Below, in pieces: positions 60,851 through 64,000 of a stretch of 64,000 bases of DNA. Every line of letters starts with the position of its first letter. Position 1 is the stretch's first letter. Source of the stretch: an uncultured Acidobacteriota bacterium (GTDB lineage Bacteria > Acidobacteriota > Blastocatellia > RBC074); the NCBI GenBank assembly GCA_963796275.1, contig CAWCKY010000006.1, positions 2,144,001-2,208,000 of the forward strand, read 5' to 3'. The notes under the pieces are model-generated. The model ran no database searches. It worked only from the letters and a program-made list of their open reading frames with translations, and was not told the DNA's origin. A program made the position numbers and the translations under genes.

Positions 60851-61492
60851 ATGGAACCAGTAATGAGCGACAACCCGCTGTCGACACTGCGCCGGATCGC
60901 TCGCGGGCGTGAACGCGCGCGGGACGAGCTGTGCGAGCTCTGCAGCGCAGTTATATCCAACGCGCACCAACACCTGATCGAGCCGGAAAATCGAAAACTG
61001 GTCTGTGTTTGCGACGCATGCGCGATCCTTTTCGGCAATCAGGGCGAGACGAAATATCGCCGCGTACCCCGGCGGACGCGCTTATTGCTCGATTTTCGTC
61101 TGAGCGACATCCAGTGGCAGAACCTGCAGATCCCGATACGACTGGCATTCATCTTTCACGACAGCGCGGCCCACCAATCCATCGCTCTATATCCAAGCCC
61201 GGCCGGACCAACCGAATCATGGCTCGAAGCGGCCGCGTGGGGTGAAATCGCAGAGCAGAATCCGTCGTTGCAAAAGATGGAGCCGGACGTTGAAGCCCTT
61301 CTCATCAATAGAATGGGGAGCGCAGGCGAATACTATATCGCGCCGATTGACGAGTGCTTCCGGCTGACCGGACTATTGCGGGCGCACTGGAGCGGACTGT
61401 CGGGAGGGGCAAAGGTATGGGAAGAGGTCGCGCGTTTCTTCGTCGAATTGCAAAAACAGGCTATTGTGTGGGAGGAGGAGTCCTGTGCCTGA
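60851..61492 (+). CDS. DUF5947-like group 1h accessory protein (HhaA-like)
   Basis: CELC.....HQHL....R.LVCVCDACAILF, W..LQIP..LAF, YPSPAGPTES.L, PDVEALL, PIDECF.L.G..R.HW.GLSGG. Confidence 0.82.
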   Translation: MEPVMSDNPLSTLRRIARGRERARDELCELCSAVISNAHQHLIEPENRKLVCVCDACAILFGNQGETKYRRVPRRTRLLLDFRLSDIQWQNLQIPIRLAFIFHDSAAHQSIALYPSPAGPTESWLEAAAWGEIAEQNPSLQKMEPDVEALLINRMGSAGEYYIAPIDECFRLTGLLRAHWSGLSGGAKVWEEVARFFVELQKQAIVWEEESCA

Positions 61493-62168
61493 TCTCGATT
61501 TTCAGATAGATACAGTTGAGCCGCTGCGCAACGCAGCAGCGCCGACGTTGGTCTTCAAGCTTCAGGCGACTAACGCTACGGCGGAGACGATTCATACCGT
61601 GCTCTTGAGCTGCCAGATCATGCTCGAAGTGACGCGGCGACGTTACAACGAAGACGAGCGGGAAAAATTGCTCGATCTGTTCGGCCAACCGGAACTGTGG
61701 GACAGGTCGTTGCGGAGCCTGTTCTGGACGAATGTCGGCGTCACGGTCCCTACCTTCACCAATCGTACGATTGTTAATATGAACGTTCCCTGTACCTTTG
61801 ACGTCAATGTCGCCGCGACCAAGTATTTCTCCGGTCTGGGGGAAGGTGACGTCCCTCTGCTGCTGCTCTTCAGCGGAACGATATTTTACGCGGGAGAAAA
61901 CCGCGCATTGCAGGTAACGCAGCTCCCCTGGGAGAAGGAAGCATTCTTTCGGTTGCCGGTGCGCGTTTGGCGGGAGATGATAGATATCTATTACCCGAAC
62001 AGCGTCTGGCTGAATTTGCGCCGCGATGTATTCGAACGGCTCAACCGTTACAAGACCCGGCGCGGCATCCCGACATTCGAGCAAGCTCTCGAACGGGTAA
62101 TTCCGGATGTCAATCTTGAAAACGGGCGCCCTCCGACAAAGGACTCTGGAGGAGAGGATATTCATTGA
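61485..62168 (+). CDS. DUF6084-like group 1h accessory protein (HhaB-like)
   Basis: GTG at 61485 after GGAGGAG. AAAPTLVFKL, CQI.LE..RRRY...E...L.DLFG, VPCTFD.NVAATKYF, PLLLLFSGTIFY, PWEKEA.FRLPV.VW. Confidence 0.82.
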   Translation: MPDLDFQIDTVEPLRNAAAPTLVFKLQATNATAETIHTVLLSCQIMLEVTRRRYNEDEREKLLDLFGQPELWDRSLRSLFWTNVGVTVPTFTNRTIVNMNVPCTFDVNVAATKYFSGLGEGDVPLLLLFSGTIFYAGENRALQVTQLPWEKEAFFRLPVRVWREMIDIYYPNSVWLNLRRDVFERLNRYKTRRGIPTFEQALERVIPDVNLENGRPPTKDSGGEDIH

Positions 62169-63148
62169 TGAACTTCGAACTCGTGGAAAGCATAGCCCGA
62201 GCCGTCCTTTACGAGGGCTATCTGCTCTACCCGTACCGCCCGTCTGCTGTCAAGAATCGCCAGAGGTTCAACTTCGGCGTGGTATATCCACGGAGCTACG
62301 GTCTGGTGAACAGCGAGCCATGGTGGATGCAGACCGAGTGCCTGGTGACAGGAACCGAACAAACGCGTATTGAAGCGCGCGTGCGCTTCCTGCATCTGCT
62401 GTCGCGCGAAAAAGCCGGCGACCGGTCGAGTTGGCAGGAGGCAGTCGAGCGTGATGTGATCGCGCCTGAGATTTTTTTGAGCGAGCGTGATAGTCCGCGC
62501 GAACGAGTTCGGTACGAGTTTCCGCGTGAGGTGAAGAACGACGAAGGCGTCGTGCGCCGGCAGGAACTGGTCGCTGTCATGCTTGAAATCGCGCAGGAAC
62601 CGGTGGCCGAGCGGCTTTTTCGGCTCACGGTGCGCATCATGAATGTGACCCCGTTTGACGCGGCATCGCTGAACGGATCGGGAGGCGATGATGAAAAGGC
62701 TCGCAATGAAGCGCGCGCTGAGATGATGCTGCGTGCGCTCATCTCCACCCATACGATACTGAGCGTTCAAGACGGCGAGTTTATCTCGCTCCTCGATCCC
62801 CCCGGCGAATGGCGTGAAGCCGCCGGCGCTTGCCGCAACATCGGAACATACCCGGTGCTGGTCGGGGAGGAGGGCGTTCGTGATTGTCTGCTCTCATCGC
62901 CGATCATCCTGTACGACTATCCGCAGATTGCACCAGAGAGCGCGGGCGAGCTCTTCGACGGCACGGAGATTGACGAAATCCTTACGCTCCGCATTCTCAC
63001 GTTGACCGACGAAGAGAAACGTGAGATGGGCGAGAGCGACGAAAGGGCGCGTCAGATTCTCGAACGCAGCGAGGCCCTGACCGACGAGCAACTCCTGAAA
63101 TTGCACGGCACGCTCCGAAGCCCGCATAGCGGGGGAAAACATGAATGA
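62165..63148 (+). CDS. Group 1h accessory protein (HhaC-like, N-terminal part)
   Basis: IARAVLYEGYLLYPYR.SAVKN.QR..FGV, QTECL, LSSPIILYDYPQIAPES.G.LFD.TEIDEILTLR..TLTDEEK.E. Confidence 0.82.
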   Translation: MMNFELVESIARAVLYEGYLLYPYRPSAVKNRQRFNFGVVYPRSYGLVNSEPWWMQTECLVTGTEQTRIEARVRFLHLLSREKAGDRSSWQEAVERDVIAPEIFLSERDSPRERVRYEFPREVKNDEGVVRRQELVAVMLEIAQEPVAERLFRLTVRIMNVTPFDAASLNGSGGDDEKARNEARAEMMLRALISTHTILSVQDGEFISLLDPPGEWREAAGACRNIGTYPVLVGEEGVRDCLLSSPIILYDYPQIAPESAGELFDGTEIDEILTLRILTLTDEEKREMGESDERARQILERSEALTDEQLLKLHGTLRSPHSGGKHE

Positions 63149-63467
63149 ATGGGAATGGCAACTGCTCGAAGACCACACGCCGCTCGATTCCATCACCGCC
63201 GGTGGTGTTGAACTGAGAGCCGGCGATCGCGTCCGTTTGCGGCCCCGCGCGGGCGGTGACGTGCTCGATCTCGCGCTGGCAGATCGAATGGCGACGATTG
63301 AAAGTATCGAGCAGGATTATGATGGAAACATTCACCTCGCGGTCGTGGTGGATGACGATCCGGGCAAGGACCTGGGCCTGCTCAGGCAGCCGGGACATCG
63401 GTTTTTCTTCACGCCGGAGGAGGTCGAGCCGCTTCAACTCGAGGAACTCGGACGGGAAAACCGATGA
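63141..63467 (+). CDS. Group 1h accessory protein (HhaC C-terminal-like domain as a separate gene)
   Basis: GDRVRLRP, D..L..R.ATI..IEQD.DG..HLAV..DDDPG.DL, RFFF.PEEVEPL. Overlaps both neighbours. Confidence 0.75.
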   Translation: MNEWEWQLLEDHTPLDSITAGGVELRAGDRVRLRPRAGGDVLDLALADRMATIESIEQDYDGNIHLAVVVDDDPGKDLGLLRQPGHRFFFTPEEVEPLQLEELGRENR

Positions 63468-63982
63468 CAGATGCACGGATTCTCATTGCCGGAATCGGCA
63501 ATATCTTTCTGGGTGATGACGGCTTCGGTTGCGAGGTGACCGCACGGCTGGCCCGTCGCGCGTGGCCGGAAGGCGTGCGCGTGGTGGATTTCGGAATCCG
63601 CGGGCTCGATCTGGCCTACGCTTTGTTGGACGGCTATGACGCGGCGATATTGATTGATGCTGCGCCCCGCGGCGGCGACCCCGGGACGGTATACATCATC
63701 GAACCTGACCCAGGAGAGTTGAACGAACAATGCGCACCGGAGACGAGTCTATCACTGGTCGACGCGCATGCGATGAGTCCGCTCAAGGTGCTTTCGCTGG
63801 TCAGGTCGATGGGCGGAGGATGCGACCGTGTTTTGGTGGTTGGCTGTGAACCATCGACGCTCGTCGACCTGGAAGAAGGGCAAATGGCCCTGAGCGAACC
63901 GGTCGCCGCGGCAGTCGATGAAGCGGTCGACGCCGTCGAATCGCTGGTGAGCAAGTTGTTGGCAGGTGGTAATAACAGGTAA
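63464..63982 (+). CDS. Hydrogenase maturation endopeptidase (HupD/HyaD family)
   Basis: ILIAGIGNIFLGDDGFGCEV, VVDFGIRGLDLAY, ILIDA, DAHAM.P, VVGCEP. Confidence 0.92.
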   Translation: MTDARILIAGIGNIFLGDDGFGCEVTARLARRAWPEGVRVVDFGIRGLDLAYALLDGYDAAILIDAAPRGGDPGTVYIIEPDPGELNEQCAPETSLSLVDAHAMSPLKVLSLVRSMGGGCDRVLVVGCEPSTLVDLEEGQMALSEPVAAAVDEAVDAVESLVSKLLAGGNNR

Positions 63983-64000
63983 CAGTAATTAAAAGGCATT

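Overview
This 64-kb window looks like chromosomal DNA of an Acidobacteriota genome, probably Blastocatellia-like. That is inferred from tandem ADOP/MacB-type permeases, Oar-type TonB-dependent receptors and a wHTH-TM-TolB regulator. From left to right it holds: three tandem ADOP permeases; a DoxX/VOC/beta-propeller/SRPBCC/YciI stress cluster with an ECF42-like promoter; a secreted protein of three tandem group-1 truncated haemoglobin domains followed by a highly structured intergenic segment; a run of catabolic enzymes with signal peptides; an archaeal-style PolB2 cassette (inactive RadA-like protein, small helical protein, exonuclease-degenerate family B polymerase); four TonB-dependent receptors (one disrupted, one directly followed by a radical SAM gene and a truncated metallophosphoesterase); a sulfatase/TBDR locus; a ~80-bp REP-doublet tandem array; and a group 1h high-affinity [NiFe]-hydrogenase cluster. 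Several palindromic REP/MITE families are scattered through the intergenic regions. No rRNA, tRNA, CRISPR or transposase gene was recognised. The best candidates for under-described systems are the PolB2 cassette, the exported tri-globin with its downstream structured RNA, and the TBDR-radical SAM operon. All calls come from motif reading by eye; no database search was run.
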